Counted from the whole stretch's first letter, positions 12,862 to 27,300 are shown. The stretch is DNA of 59,175 bases, filler included, from 6 parts of 6 records of this genome joined end to end with filler, not necessarily neighbours in it; one strand, 5' to 3'. The notes: a model not told the origin generated them from the letters alone. Program-made: numbers and translations.

Positions 12862-12914
12862 ACTACAAAGTAAAGTCGGTACACATGGCTTTAATTAATC
12901 GAGAGACGAAAAGA

Positions 12915-14732
12915 TTACTCGACTGTGGAGCCAGCATTGGATGTGCGTTTGTACACCTCGTTCATCTCGGTCTCTTCCTCTTCCTCTTCCTCTTCGTCGA
13001 GTTTCTTCGCAGTGGACATATAGTTGAAGGTCTCAAGGAAGGCATGGAGCATGCCAACACCAAATGCAGTCCCTATCACGTTGACTGTGGTGCGGACGCG
13101 GTCCAACACCCAGTCAATCGGTGTCACGTGGCGAATGCGGTCTCCTGTAAGACCCATGGACTCCATGATGGGTGGCATGGTTGCGAGTGAGCCGGAGGGG
13201 ATGGCAGCACTGCCTGCTGTTATCAACCAGCACATCACTACCACCAAAATAAACTGGGAAAAATTCCACGAGTGCTTTGTGCCTTCAAGGTCATCTGGGT
13301 CGCCCATGACACTCTGCGCACAACAGCGTCAGCACTAGCACGCACACAGCAAAGGATCCACGACTGTGTCACTCAGTCATTCATCTCTCACCATGTAGTA
13401 TATCGCAACACCTTTGTGCGCTGCGGATCCGAACATGTTGAGGGTGGTGCCAAGGGGAATGAAGAAGGACACCAGTTCTCCTGGAACTTTGTTGATCACC
13501 TCGCAGCAATGCATGGTGTAAGGGATTGTAGCCGCGGAGGAGGCCAGGCCAAATGCTGTCACCAGGGCCTGGTTGAGGCCAAACATGTACTTGATAGGGT
13601 TGCGGCGGGCAACGATGAGGTACGCCAAAGGGATGAGGATAAAGCCAAGAACAATCTGTGCGGCGATGTCAACCGCAAAATACGTCATCATTCGCCCAAT
13701 GGTGTCACCAAGATCCTTGGAGGACGAAACGGACTTGATAACGATGGAGCACACTCCCACCGGAGTCAGCCACTGAGGCCACATCTTGATGACGGCGTTA
13801 CCAAATATACTGATGTTCTCCAAAAGGGGCTTTCCGCGGTCCCCAAGCTTGACAAGAGCTGCGCCAAGCATTGCAGAAAAGAAAAGGAGAGAAATGATGT
13901 TAGGGCGGTTCTTGGACGGCTTGTCTTCTTCCGTTCTGACAAGTTCGAAAAGGATGTTCTGCGGGACAATGTCTTCAATAAGGTCAATGATCTTGTTGAA
14001 GGACTCCATAAAGCCAGACGAGCTCTGTGTCGGCGGATATCTCTCAGTGATATAGACGCCTGGTCGAAGAAGGAGGGCCCACAAGGCACCAAAGAATGAA
14101 GCAAACAGTGTCCCAAGGCCCTAACCACGCGACAACGTTAGCCAATGACCACAAGTGATACAGGGATACGTCAAGATAAAGTAACGTACAATGTATGCGA
14201 TGCAGAACCATCCTGTTGGGCCTTTTTGGGCAAGGCTACTGAAAGCAGCGACTCCACTCACGATGCTGCTGAAGATTAGTGGAATTATCATCATTTTGAG
14301 AAACGAAAGAAATAGTTTGCCGGGCAGCACCAGGAGCCTATAGAATACGATGCCAACATCGGTCTCTTGCTTGCCTGAGCTATCGGCACCCAGTCGGAGC
14401 AGCAGTCCGATACAGACACCTAGCAAAGCAAAGCACAGGAGTCGCACAGACTTGACATTTTGCGAGGGAGGTGGATTGGACTTAAATAAGAACACTTGCA
14501 TAAATACAAGCCCGAGCCACCCCCCAAACTCCTTCAACTTGTCGTCACGAGCTCCTCCGTCACCATCCTGGGCCTTTTCTCCCGGGACCTCGCCTACGTC
14601 TTCGTTTAGGAAAGCGCTCACGACAGTTGATGTTCGACGGCGTGCATCGGTTATTGCGGTGCCAACGGTGGACCGCCGCGGGCGTGAGTTATCAAGCTGC
14701 TCCTGGGTTCCGTTTCCTGACTCATAATCCAT
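12915..14732 (-). CDS. Dicarboxylate/amino acid:cation symporter (DAACS/SLC1 family), spliced
   Basis: Motifs LKMMIIPLIFSSIVSG, AFGLASSAATIP (HP1), LGTTLNMFGS, AAIPSGSL (HP2) and DWVLDRVRTTVNVIG across three ORFs separated by short introns. Confidence 0.85.
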
Positions 14733-14979
14733 GGTCAAAAGTGCGTCGGGGCTATGACCAAGTGAGAACCTACACAGCTAGAAAGCCTTGTACAAATACT
14801 TCTGCAGGGCCCCGGCAGAGGGCCATGCCGGAAGGCCACTTTTCGCTGCTTGAAACCTTTAAGAGACTGACGGAGCCCCCGTGGCGGCCGTTGGCAAGGA
14901 CTCCATTCGACATCCTGGTGTGGCATACCCAGACCGCCAGCGAACTGTCGACTGAATCGGCCGCTTCGGCGGGCGCAGC

Positions 14980-15170
14980 CGGCCCGGCCCGAGGCCCGCA
15001 CTGCCATTTGGCGGTGCGCCGGACGACCACAGCTAGGCTGGCGGGGTGTGGGTTCCGCTTGCCTCGCCACACGTAGTCTGAGTGAGGACGGCCGACCGCG
15101 GCTCCGCGACCCGCCGCCCGGCCCTCCCGGCAGCAAGGTTGAGTGAGCGACCAGTCGCGCAGAGGCGTCG
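14980..15170. promoter_or_regulatory. GC-rich island upstream of the DAACS gene
   Basis: Local GC/CpG-rich tract 5' of the minus-strand transporter gene. Confidence 0.35.
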
Positions 15171-15484
15171 GTTGTGAAGTTCAGTGGTCGGCTAACTAAC
15201 AGTATTGACACTGATGAGGGCACCCGCACGATCATTGGCATTGTTTCGGAGCGTCAACAGTCCGCTGAGGGCGCGGACGTCTCGACGGGCCGAGGGATAA
15301 CGGCGATAGGCTGCCCGGGGACCACCCTCGATTCACCGGACCGTGGGCTCGGGTCATGCGCCGTAGTACTGAACTTCGGGGTGGACTCCTCCGCAGGGAT
15401 TTCAGTTTCAATTGAACCGACTACCAGCACAGCAGGGGGATCACGCTTGAGTTCGATCCGGCGAGGTTCTCCCACCGGACCGAG

Positions 15485-15584
15485 NNNNNNNNNNNNNNNN
15501 NNNNNNNNNNNNNNNNNNNNNNNNNNNNTTAATTAATTAANNNNNNNNNNNNNNNNNNNNNNNNNNNNNNNNNNNNNNNNNNNN
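15485..15584. other. Artificial contig spacer (N44-TTAATTAATTAA-N44)
   Basis: The same 100-nt linker, with stops in all six frames, occurs five times. Confidence 0.98.
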
Positions 15585-17075
15585 CAGAAACAGAAACAGA
15601 AACAGAAACAGAAAGAAGCAAAAAAGGGTGGAAAAAAGAAGCACAAGAACCGTGGAAATCGAAACACATCCATGGATAGCGATGATGATGATAGTGAAGA
15701 AACAAAAATGCACCGTGAGTTCCGAAGAAAGCTGGAGGAAGAGAAGCAATACTTCCGTGAGCAGAAGGAAAGAATGAGAAGGAGTAACAAGAAACGAGGA
15801 TGGAAGGATCCGGAAAAGAGGAAACGCAGCCGCGCACCGGGTGCTCTTGCACCAGGCGAGGACAAGGCAGTGGATTCTCTAGATGTTTTTGACGAATGTA
15901 CGCATCCTCTCGCCGTGGCCATCAAGTCTGGGCTATCTTTGGTTTTCGCGGATCAGGTGATAAATATCACAGCGCGGGGACAGTCCCTATTGTTGGACGT
16001 AGGTTCTTGTTGAATGGAGAATGTCAGTGTATGACTAATGCGCCCTTCGCAGGATGACCTTAATACCCCTTTACACTACGCCGCACGTTATTCAAAGAAT
16101 AGCATCATCCAGATGTGCATCAATTTGGCTGGTGATAACTGGCCAACAGTCATACTTGCCAAAAACAAGGCTGGCCTAACCGCACGGGATATTGCGGAGG
16201 CAGAGATGCGATTCCACAACGACGAGGCAACAAAGGAGGGTGAAGTTCCGTCAATGCCCTTTCAAACTGACGACGAAAAGGCCGAACGTGAGGAATCGAC
16301 CCCCCAATTGCGAGCATACATTGCTTATCGCTTGCGAGAACTTCAAGACCAGGCTGTCAGCGAGCTTGCTGAGCGTGAGAGGAAGTCTCAGCGCAAGTTT
16401 GATCCCATGCGCACCGTGTATATGCTGTTTGTATTCACTTCATCGTACTTCTTGCTTAACTTCATGGCTGAGGAGTATGTCGGATGGCTCACATTCTTTA
16501 TGTGCTTGATTTATGCGATTTTGCCCGCCACACTAGTGTCTGCCCGCCTCCTGCTTATCGTGTTCACGCTTGTGGTCATGGCACCCACTCTACTGTACTA
16601 CTTATTTTTGCCATTGTATTGGCTTTACGACTGGGGTTGGTGGTCCATCTTTCCATTATTTGGCGTGTGGTGCTTTGCAAGAGTTGTATATGGGTTTGTA
16701 ACGAACGCTTTCGTTATTATGACGAATATCAGTGCGATTATTATCTTGCAGTACATTGTTTGGCAGGAGAAAGCCACCCAGTTTTCTTTGAAATGCCTGA
16801 GTAAGGTTGACATTACTGGATGGGTATCCTCTTATCTGCACCAGCATCATCGTATTTCCAACACACTTTTGGAAGCCTATGAGCGGGTGTTTGAAGCAGT
16901 AATATTTGGCGTATTGCTGTTTCTTATAGATTTGGTGTGGCGTTTCCTGGTCTACCTTGGATGGATATATTCGATACTGATCATAGTTGTTGTCGTGATA
17001 GCTGTCTGTTATAGGGAAGGTATGAAGATGGAAGGAAACAAGAACGCAGTTGTCAACAGACCAGTCGGGAAATAA
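15585..17075 (+). CDS. Ankyrin-repeat multi-pass membrane protein, 5' truncated
   Basis: (CAGAAA)n encoding KQ repeats and a charged region; intron 15999-16052; ankyrin motifs NTPLHYAARYS...KNKAGLTARDIA followed by several hydrophobic segments. Confidence 0.7.
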
Positions 17076-17215
17076 ACACCTTTTGAAGGCGACACATGTA
17101 TACACCATGTTGTAGAAAGCGACTTGAAAGAACCGCTACGACTTTATTCTCAAAAGTTGGGCGTGATTCTCGGGAGAAGAGTGAACGAAAGATGCACCAG
17201 GATCAAAAGTTCACA

Positions 17216-18337
17216 TCAATACCCACCAAATGAGGCGGGCGCCCCCCTCCTTCCAGACCGGAACTGGCCATGGACAACATTGAATTTGTCAAGCAGCTCG
17301 CTGATGGCCTCCGTACTCTTTGTAAGTGTAGACAGGAATCCGATCAGGACTGCGTCAGTGTATTCCTGCAGAAACTTGTTTCTGATTTCAGGGCTATCAA
17401 GGGAAGGCAGTCTGTTGCAGAGGCTTTTTGCTTGCCTCAATAGTTCATAGTCAGGGGGGATAGCTCCGCTCTTCGTTGCCTCCAAAAAAGAAATGACCAC
17501 AGCCACACGAGTGTGGAGCATCTTGATGGCATTGAACTGACCACCAAGGTTTGCTGTGACTGAAAGTAGCCTCGTCAGCATCAAAGCAATACCATCCACA
17601 AACACAAAGCACATACGTTGAGACTGCCCACTTCCCACACCAGCAGGCGTAAGCTTCGCAACATGGTCCACGGAAATCCTTTCGGCCTCTCCGGTTTCTA
17701 TTTTGTATTGTACACGAACAAAAGTAGTAGTAGGAACATCATTGACGACATGCACTTCCGATTCGTACAAGGTAATCGGGAGATCCTGTTGAAGTACTTA
17801 GTCAACGACTGTAACGTAATCTTCTCAACAAGGCAATACCTTCTGCGTAGGGGATATGCTTGAGTCGAGCAACAGGAACAGAGGGTTCTCATTGGTTTCA
17901 GCCACTTGCTTGTGCAGGAGTACATCCTCATCCTCTACAGCAGAAGCTGTTTTGTACCATCCCATAACCTCAAAATCGGGAAACACCTTTTTCACTGACC
18001 CGAAGTTGTTAACAGTAAATCTCATTCATTTTCAAGGCTTATACATACATTGTTCCACCTTTGTTTCGAGAAACTCCTTATTGATTACCTTCTCTCCGTT
18101 TTCATTTTTATCTATCAAAAGCTCAAACGAGTTGAAAACCTCATAGTGACGGCCGGTTTGCACGCCAAGGAGGGCACCCACAACCCGCTGCCCCACCCCA
18201 TCATGCTGTGCCCGAATTCTGGAGAGAGTGAGTTCATGCCGACTCAGGCAAGGAGAGTTTTACCTGCTATAGTGGTCGGTCACGTTAATGATAACCAAAG
18301 GATGCAAAGAAACCTCAAGGTCTGATGCTTCGTTCAT
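17216..18337 (-). CDS. CSN6: COP9 signalosome subunit 6 (MPN domain), spliced
   Basis: Motifs MNEASDLEVSLHPLVIINVTDHYSR, VVGALLGVQ, EVFNSFEL, KKVFPDFEVMGWY, ENPLFLLL, IETGEAERISVDHVAK and LLRQAKSLCNRLP. Confidence 0.9.
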
Positions 18338-18429
18338 AGTTCGAGCTATCGAAAATATGATGGAAGCGCCATAGATATAAGCAAAAATAAATTATGGACG
18401 ATTGTTGGAGGTCTGCTTCTGTGCAGGAG

Positions 18430-18990
18430 ACGCCGCGCTGGGCAAGACCAGTAGCGCCTGCCGCCTGTCAGCGTCCGAAAGAGTAGCCATGCCGAACGGC
18501 TTCCGGGTGCCACCCCCCGCGAGGGCCCCCGCGCGGCGGCCGGGGCGGCCGGGCCGGGGCCGGGGGTCCGGTCTCCATCACTCACACTGCCCGGGTGGCA
18601 GGGGGCCTCGCGTCCGGTCCGCCGGTCCGAGGCTCCGTGCCGTCACACCGACCTTCGGGTTCATTCCCATTCGGGGATTTTGATGATTGATTAAGAAAGT
18701 TGGAACGTCAGTTACACGGCATGGCACACAGCACCGTGGCACCGCACCCTGACGCCGGCACCCTGAGACCCCGGGGACCGCGACCGGCGGGGGGCCGGGC
18801 CGCGCCGGCGGGCAGCGCCCGGCCGGGCCTGCCGACGGTCCGACACCCAGTCTGCAGTGAGTCAGTGGTGGGCCGGCCGACCGGACTGGACGCCGGCGTG
18901 CCGCCCGGGTCTGTGATGAGTACGTGGGCAGGCCTGCCAGTGGGCGGCCCTTGCGCCAGCCCCGTCCCCCCATGCCTCTACCCATCCCGG
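18430..18990. promoter_or_regulatory. GC/CpG-rich island between the divergent CSN6 and EF-hand genes
   Basis: GC-rich tract with GAGTCAGT at 18859-18866. Confidence 0.45.
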
Positions 18991-19061
18991 CACGGCAGGG
19001 CTCGTCCGTTCAGCAAACTGCAAAAAGGCTCCGGGATCATCGGCAACCGCGGTTGGCTGCA

Positions 19062-21045
19062 ATGGAGGCATCTGCCATCATCGCCAGCGCGGCCGATGCA
19101 AGTTGGGGCCTATGGTTGTCACCTCCTTAGCATGTAGGACGAAATCTTACGCGAACCTCTCGGGGCCGGCAAAGGCTTTCCCCACGCAAACTATAAGTGG
19201 CACTTCACCACATGTTGGCGGACACAGTGACTCGTTAGACATTCTCGATGTATTAAGGCAGTTTCAGCTTGAAAATGAACGTACGGGGAGTCGGTAAGTG
19301 CCTCACAGAACTGGTTTCCGGAGCTGAGCAAAATTTTTTAGATTTGTCCTCTCGCCAAGCGGCAGAAAAAATCAAGCGACCAAAGACGGCCGGTAAGAGA
19401 TGGTTCACTTCCTTCAAGATCTTTACTGAAACGTCGCTGCAGCGAAAAAGAAGAAGAAGAGCGGAACCAAACTTGGTGGGAAGGTCAATGAAAAAATTCC
19501 GCGACCAGCAACTTCTCTGGGTAAAAGCCGCCCTGTTTCTCGCTCGCACATTCGCCCTGCAACTCGGGCTGATCATCGCAGGAAAGGAGAGGAAGAAGTT
19601 GAACTTATTGATCAAACTCCGGCAACCCCAGTTCCAACTCGTTCTCAAGGATGGAGTCCTCCGGGTTCTCCTGAAAGTGATTTTAAGGTTCCGATAACGA
19701 CAGATGTTCCTCTATTGGATATGGAGGCCTCGGAGGCGCCTTCCCCGAAGCCTGAGGAGCCTTCACAGGAAACTTCCGCCGTAGCCACTCCGGTTCCAAC
19801 CCCGACTGCTACTCCTGCAGAATTGGCCGCACTTGAAGATGGAGCTGACGGTCCTCCACCTCCACAAGTGAGGATTAGAAGGCTATCAACAACACCAGCA
19901 TTGTTCCGTGCGGTAGGAAGCATGACGAATTTATATCGCGACGTTCAAGACGAGGAGACAAGATCACATGAGGTTGATAAGGAGAAGTTGGTAGAAATCG
20001 AGCAACGCACAATCATGAACGCAATGCTATTCCAGAAAGATATCAATGTCGGCGACTACTTTACTGAGGTAGCATATTCAAATGAGCGGGGTTTTCATCC
20101 CAAGATCTAACAGCAATACAGGAAGAACTAGGCCAACTCACAATCATGTTCGACGATATGACCATGGACACATTCTGGGCACGTGAGATTAAGGTGTACG
20201 AAGAAGAAGCACGGATTCTTGCAATCGAGGAGGAAAAGAGGCGAAAGGCTGAGGAAGACAGCGACGACGACGTGCTACTGAATCCTCCTGGGCGGAATCG
20301 ATTGCCGGCGACTACCCGAGCTGAAAATCGACATTTGAATGAAAAAGAAGAAGAGGGCTCAAAGAAAGAAAATGAGCCTAACAATGAGAATATAGACAAA
20401 AACAGTACCGAGCTCGTTGCAGAAGACAATGTGCAAACCGAAACTAAGATTGAAGGGAAAAGTCAAGGGAAGAAAAAAGGTCGGTCAAGAAGAAAATCAA
20501 TTTCCTCTACCATCAAAACCGATGTAGATATAGGTAATCCTGATGATGTTCCTCCACCTCCACCCATTCCTAATCCAGAATCCCATGGTGAAATATCGGT
20601 CCACACATTTGTTGCAAGATTCGGAAACTTGCCCTTTGTTGAAGACCCTTCGTTTAAAAGAAGATTAGTTGGAGCAATTGATAGGGACAAAAGCGGAAGC
20701 ATAGACATTTTGGAGTTTTTTAGGATCGCGGCGATCTTGTTGAAAGGAACAATGTCGGACCAGGTGTCCTTTTTTTTCAGATTGTGGGATACCGGCGCTA
20801 AAGGATACTTGGACAATTTTGACATGCGAAGGCTTTTCTGGCAGGCCCGAACCACCATGTTTAACCGTCGACGGGATCAGGTGATAGATACCCAGGAGGA
20901 ACTGGATTGGGTGGTGAAGCAGATGTGGATGCTTTACGACACCAATCATAACAAACAGTTTTCTCTGCTCGAGGCTGTATCGGCTGCAATGATGGATGAC
21001 GAGTTGCTTTATCTAATGGCACGAGGAACGTGCTCCATGTCATAG
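19062..21045 (+). CDS. EF-hand protein (calcineurin B/recoverin-like C-terminus) with a long disordered N-terminus; start uncertain
   Basis: EF loops DRDKSGSIDILEF, FRLWDTGAKGYLD and YDTNHNKQFSLLE; introns e.g. 19393-19442 and 20069-20113. Confidence 0.7.
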
Positions 21046-21241
21046 AGACAGGTGCGTGTGTCTACATTCTGAAAATGAGCTACGTGAGCCATCGATGTGG
21101 TATCATTGAGCTGCCGATCATATTTAGTCAGGTTAACACCATTGATCCACAAGGCTCCCACGCTCATCAACGCATATCTTTCATATATTGCTCTCCTATA
21201 TATGCTTCACAACCCTGAGATGCCCGACTCTCCTCGTCTTC

Positions 21242-21341
21242 NNNNNNNNNNNNNNNNNNNNNNNNNNNNNNNNNNNNNNNNNNNNTTAATTAATTAANNN
21301 NNNNNNNNNNNNNNNNNNNNNNNNNNNNNNNNNNNNNNNNN
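21242..21341. other. Artificial contig spacer
   Basis: N44-TTAATTAATTAA-N44. Confidence 0.98.
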
Positions 21342-21342
21342 A

Positions 21343-24300
21343 ATTGAAGTAGGTAACGTAAGTATGCCGCTAAATAGCACCTTGATTCAAGGGGCACAAA
21401 GTCTTTTTGGTGTAAAAACACAACTTCAGTTTGGTAAAACTACGATTACAGGAGTTTTCTCTGAACAAAAATCAGAGACCAGAACCGTTACCGCTGAAGG
21501 AGGTGCAACAATTACAGATTTTGAGCTTTTTGCATTAGATTATGATGATAATCGTCACTTCTTCTTAGGGCATTACTTTAGAGATAATTACGATCGCGTA
21601 TTAAAGCAGTATCCTTTCATTAACAGTAATGTGCAGATTACCCGAATGGAAGTTTGGATAACTAATCGCACAAGTAGAACTGAAAATGTACGGAACATTG
21701 TAGCATTACAGGATATTGGTGAATCAGACCCTACAAATATTGGTTTGAAATTCCCTCCTGGTGGATTTATAAATGCGTCAAGAAGCGCTTACCCAGACAA
21801 CGGGAATAACGATTTTAATCCTTTTGGAATTAATGGCGGTGCTCAAACCTTGCTTAACTCAGCAATTCGTGATGTAGCAACTGTAGGTCAAGGTTTTACT
21901 GGCGTTCAGGTTAGTGAAGGAAAAGATTATGTAACCCTAGAAAATGCACGTAGACTAGATGCTGGCGAATACTCGCTTAATTCACAATTAGGGTATATAT
22001 CGTTAAACCAACGTTTAACGAATGATGAAGTACTGGCGGTTTCCTATCAATTTACTGTTAACGGAAAGGTATACCAAGTTGGTGAATTTTCTAATGATGG
22101 GGTTGAGGCAAATGGAGGTGTTCAAAATACAGGAACTGTAACAAATCCAGGTGATGAACAAGGCGGTATTGCACAAAACCTTGTGGTAAAAATGCTTAAG
22201 AGTAGCATTACAAGTGTTGAAGAACCAAATTGGGATTTAATGATGAAAAACATCTATCCAATTGGAGCGTACCAATTAGAAAAAGAAGATTTTAAACTTA
22301 ATATTCTTTATACAGACCCTTCACCGCTTAACTATATAAAGGAAGCGCAAGGAACAGTAGGTCACCCAGCAGCAGAGCTTCCTGAGGATGTGAAAAATCA
22401 AATTCTTTTAAAGGTATTTAATCTTGATAGATTAAACTTTAATAATGATCCGGTACAAGGAGGTGATGGTTTCTTTGATTTTCTTTCAGGGATAACAGTA
22501 GATGCTCAAAACGGTCGAATTATTTTTACAACAGTTGAACCATTTGGAGAGCATTTATTTGAGAAGCTAAACGTTCCTTCAGTTCCGGCTACCTACACTA
22601 TGCCTGATACCTATAACGCAAATCAGGATAAATACGTTTTTAGAACCCTTTATACGGGTACCAAAACGCAAGCAGAACAGCAGGAAAGTGAGAAAAATAA
22701 ATTCCAATTAAAAGGAAGTTACAAATCTACTGGAGCAGACGGAATTCCAATTGGGGCATTCAATATTCCGCAAGGTTCTGTTACCGTTACGGCTGGTGGA
22801 CGAACCTTAGTTGAAGGGGTTGATTATACCGTAAATTATCAATTAGGAAGAGTTCAAATTTTAGATCCAACACTATTAAATAGTAATATACCTATTTCTG
22901 TAAGCACTGAAAATAATTCACTTTTTGGACAGCAAAGCAAACGTTTCACAGGTTTGAATGTGGAGCATAAATTTAGTGATAAGTTTCTTGTGGGGGCAAC
23001 CTACTTAAACCTTAACGAGCGTCCGTTAACACAAAAATCTTCGTATGGTGTTGAGCCAATAAACAACAGTATTTTTGGTATTAACTTAAATTATTCTACC
23101 GAAGTACCATTCCTTACGAGAATGGTAAACCATTTGCCAAATATTGATACCGATGTAGAATCGAATATCTCCCTACGTGGTGAATTTGCTTATTTGAAAC
23201 CTGGCGCGCCAAAAGTTTCAGATTTTGATGGAAAAACAACAGTTTATGTTGACGATTTTGAAGCTTCACAAACAGGGAATGATATTAGTGCGCCATTAAG
23301 TTGGTCTTTAGCAAGTACGCCTCTTGGTTTTGGAGGTGATTTAGCGAATGAAGATCTTTCCTACAATTATAATCGTGCAAAATTAGCTTGGTACAGTATC
23401 GATCCAATTTTCTATAGCAGTCAACGTCCTGATGGTATAAATGATCAAGACCTTTCTTCTCCTTTTACACGTCGTGTTTTTAGAGATGAAATTTTTCCAC
23501 AGCAAGATATTATTCAAGGGCAAACACAAGCATTATTTACATTAGACTTGGCGTATTATCCTTCTCAGCGTGGTGAATATAACTTTAATCCTGCTGCTCA
23601 AGGAACAAATGAACTTCCAAATCCGCAAGATCGTTTTGGAGGAATAATGAGACCGATTACCACAACAGATTTTGAAAAATCGAATGTGGAATACATTCAA
23701 TTCTGGGTAATGGATCCTTTCATTTATGATGAAAATACGTCGAACCCTGGGGGGATGTTAAACTTTAACCTTGGTAGTATTTCAGAAGATATCCTAAAAG
23801 ACGGTAGAAAACAATATGAAAACGGATTGCCAAGAGATGGAAGCAAAGCGAATACGCTTTCTTCTTCAATGGCGGTAACACCTTCAAGCCAATCTTTAGT
23901 TTATACTTTTGATACCGAAGGGGATGAACGTACTAATCAAGATATTGGTTTAGATGGGTTAAATGATTTAGATGAATTAGTAGATCCTAAAAATCCAGGC
24001 AGTCCAAATACATCTTTAAGAAGTGCTTTTGGAGGTTTGTCTGATCCTGCAAATGATAACTACCAATATTTTCTGGATGCTGAAGGAAATATTCTTAATC
24101 GTTATTTAAAATACAACGGTACACAAGGAAACTCACCATCAGAAGTTACGAATACAAATCGTGGAAGTACTGCTCAGCCTGATGTGGAAGATATAAATCG
24201 TGACAATACAATGAACACGATAAACAGTTATTTTGAATATAACATTCCGTTTAAAAACGTAGGTGGGCAATTAGAGACTGTAAATAACAAATATGTTACT

Positions 24301-27300
24301 GATGTAAAAACGCTCGATGTAACCACACAAGATAACAGTGTGATTCCTGTGCGTTGGGTGCAATTTAAGATTCCAGTAAGTAAACCAGACCAAGCATTAA
24401 ATGGAATTTCAGATTTCCGTTCTATTCGTTTTATGCGTATGTTCCTTTCTGAATTTTCTCAAAACACCGTGTTGCGTTTTGGTACTTTAGAATTGGTTCG
24501 TGGGGATTATAGAAGATTTGATAAAACATTAGATGAAGTTACTTTTGAAGACCCATCTAACGACGATACCGTTTTTGAAGTTCAAGCTGTTAGCATTGAG
24601 GAAAACGAAAACCGTCAGCCAATTCCATATGTATTGCCTCCAGGACTACAGCGTGAAGAGCTTAACAATAACAACAATATTATCCGCGAAAACGAACAAT
24701 CACTTTCATTAAGAGTATGTGGTTTAGAGCCAAATGACGGGCGTGCGGTATATAAAAACTTTAATGTGGATATGCGCCAGTATAAAAATCTGGAAATGTT
24801 TATTCACGCAGAATCCTTAGAAAACGAAACAGCACTTTCAGATGGACAATTGGTAGCGTTTATGCGTTTAGGAAATGACCTTACCAATAACTATTATGAA
24901 GTTCAGATTCCTTTGAATCCAACTAATTTTGGAGCACGAAGCGCAGAGGAAATCTGGCCACTTGCAAATAGGTTGAATTTACCTTTGGAATTGCTTCAAC
25001 AGGTAAAAACAAAGGTGCTTGGCGATCAAGCATTTGATCAAACAATTGTTAACTTTTTCAACCAATCTGAGCTAGAAGGAGGAACTACAAATGGTGAAAA
25101 TGAACTACGAATTGGTATAAAAGGTAATCCAAGTTTTGGAAATGTTCGTACAATAATGTTGGGTGTTAGAAACAGTACTACTAACGATTTATGCGGTGAA
25201 GTTTGGTTTAACGAACTTAGAATGTCTGAACTTCAAAACCAAGGTGGTTGGGCAGCGGTTGTAAGTATGGATGCAAATATTGCAGATTTTGCTACCATTA
25301 GCGCAACTGGAAGAAAAAGCACAGTAGGTTTCGGTTCTCTTGAACAAGGGCCAAACCAACGAAGTAGAGAAGACCTACAACAATATGATGTTGTTACAAA
25401 CTTAAATCTTGGGCAGTTAATGCCTAAGAAATGGGGTGTGCAATTACCATTTAATTATGGCCGTTCAGAGGAGTTGATTACTCCGCAATACGATCCAGAA
25501 TTCCAAGATATTGAATTGGACTCGAGAATAGATAATACGGACGATCAAGAAGAAAAAGATAGAATAAAAGAACAAGCTGTAGATTATACTAAGCGTCAGA
25601 GCGTAAACTTTATCGGAGTTCGTAAAGAACGTACAGGTGATAGCAAACCTCAGTTTTACGATGTTGAAAACCTAACGGCTTCCTTCTCCTACAATCAAAC
25701 GGATCATCACGATTTTGAAGTAGAAGATGCTTTAGAACAAAATGTGCGTGCTGGAGCTACATATAACCACAATTTCACTGCAAAACCTGTAGAGCCATTT
25801 AAGAAAAATGATTCGTTATTTACAGGTAAATACTGGCAATTCCTAAAAGATTTCAACTTTAATTATTTGCCTACCAATGTTTCTGTAACGTCAAATATTA
25901 CACGTCAATACAACGAGCAAAAGTTTAGAGAAATTGATTTACTTGATGATAACATTGGGCTTCCAAGATTGTATCAACGAAATTATTTATTCGATTGGCA
26001 GTATACTATTAATCACAATTTAACCAAATCACTTCGTTTTAATTTTACGTCTTCAAATAATAGAATTGTAAATAATTATGTAAATGAAGGCGGTATTGTA
26101 AATAATGAAATTGGTGTCTGGGATGGCTTCTTTGATTTAGGAGATCCTAACCAACATGTGCAATCTTTACAAGTAAATTATGACTTGCCTTTTAATAAAT
26201 TCCCATTCTTGAAATTTATTAGAGCTACCTATTCTTATACAGGAGACTATCAATGGCAGGCAGGAAGTGATCAGTTTACTAATTTGCCTATTCAGTTAAG
26301 TGATGGAACTACAAACACCTACAATTTGGGTAATTCTATTCAAAATGGTAGTACACATCAAATCAATTCATCTATAGACATGAATGGGTTTTATCGTTAT
26401 GTAGGGCTTACTAAAATTAAAACCAGTAGAGCGTCAAGAAAAACAGCTGACGGCAATGATGGCGATAGTAAATCTGGTGGTGATGAAAAGAACTCGCTAT
26501 CAAATGGAAAGAGTAGTGCGCCGAGTGTACTTGGTAGAGGAGCTGCTGGAGGAACAGGTGGAGCTGGTGGAGGCTTGAATGCTGGTGATAAAGCATTAAA
26601 CTCTGTTATAGGTTTGGCTACAATGCTAAAGAAAATACAATTCAACTATCAAGAAAATAATGGTATTTATTTGCCAGGTTATTTACCTTCTATTGGTTTT
26701 ATTGGAACACTTAAACCAACAACAGGTTTCATATTTGGTAGTCAAGCAGAAATAAGAGAAATGGCTGCGAAAAAAGGCTGGTTAACATTATACCCAGAAT
26801 TCAACGAACAATATACAGAAGTTGAAAGCAGACAGATGGATATTCAAGCTAATTTGGAGCCAATAAATGATTTAACCATAGACATTAATGGAAGCAGAAT
26901 TTATTCTGAAAACTATGCTGAAAACTTTATAGTTAATGATGGACTTTATAACTCATTAACTCCAAATACTTTCGGAAACTTTAATATTTCAACGGTATTG
27001 ATTAAAACAGCATTTGGTGCTAGTGATGAAATTGGTTCTGAAGCTTTTGATGAATTTAGAAACAATAGATTAACCATTGCAAATAGATTGGCTGAAGAGT
27101 ATTACCAAGGCAGAGCTTTTAACCGAACAGATGATGGTTTCCCAGTTGGTTTTGGAAGAAATAGCCAAGATGTTTTATTGCCATCTTTCTTAGCTGCATA
27201 TAAAGGTAGCAATGCTTCAAAAGAAAAAACAGGAATATTTAGAGATATTCCACTTCCAAACTGGGATGTAAAATATACTGGATTGATGAATATTGCATGG

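Noticed and set aside
15529-15540. TTAATTAATTAA as a biological repeat or att site
   Set aside because: It is centred in fixed-length N runs five times and is a six-frame stop linker.
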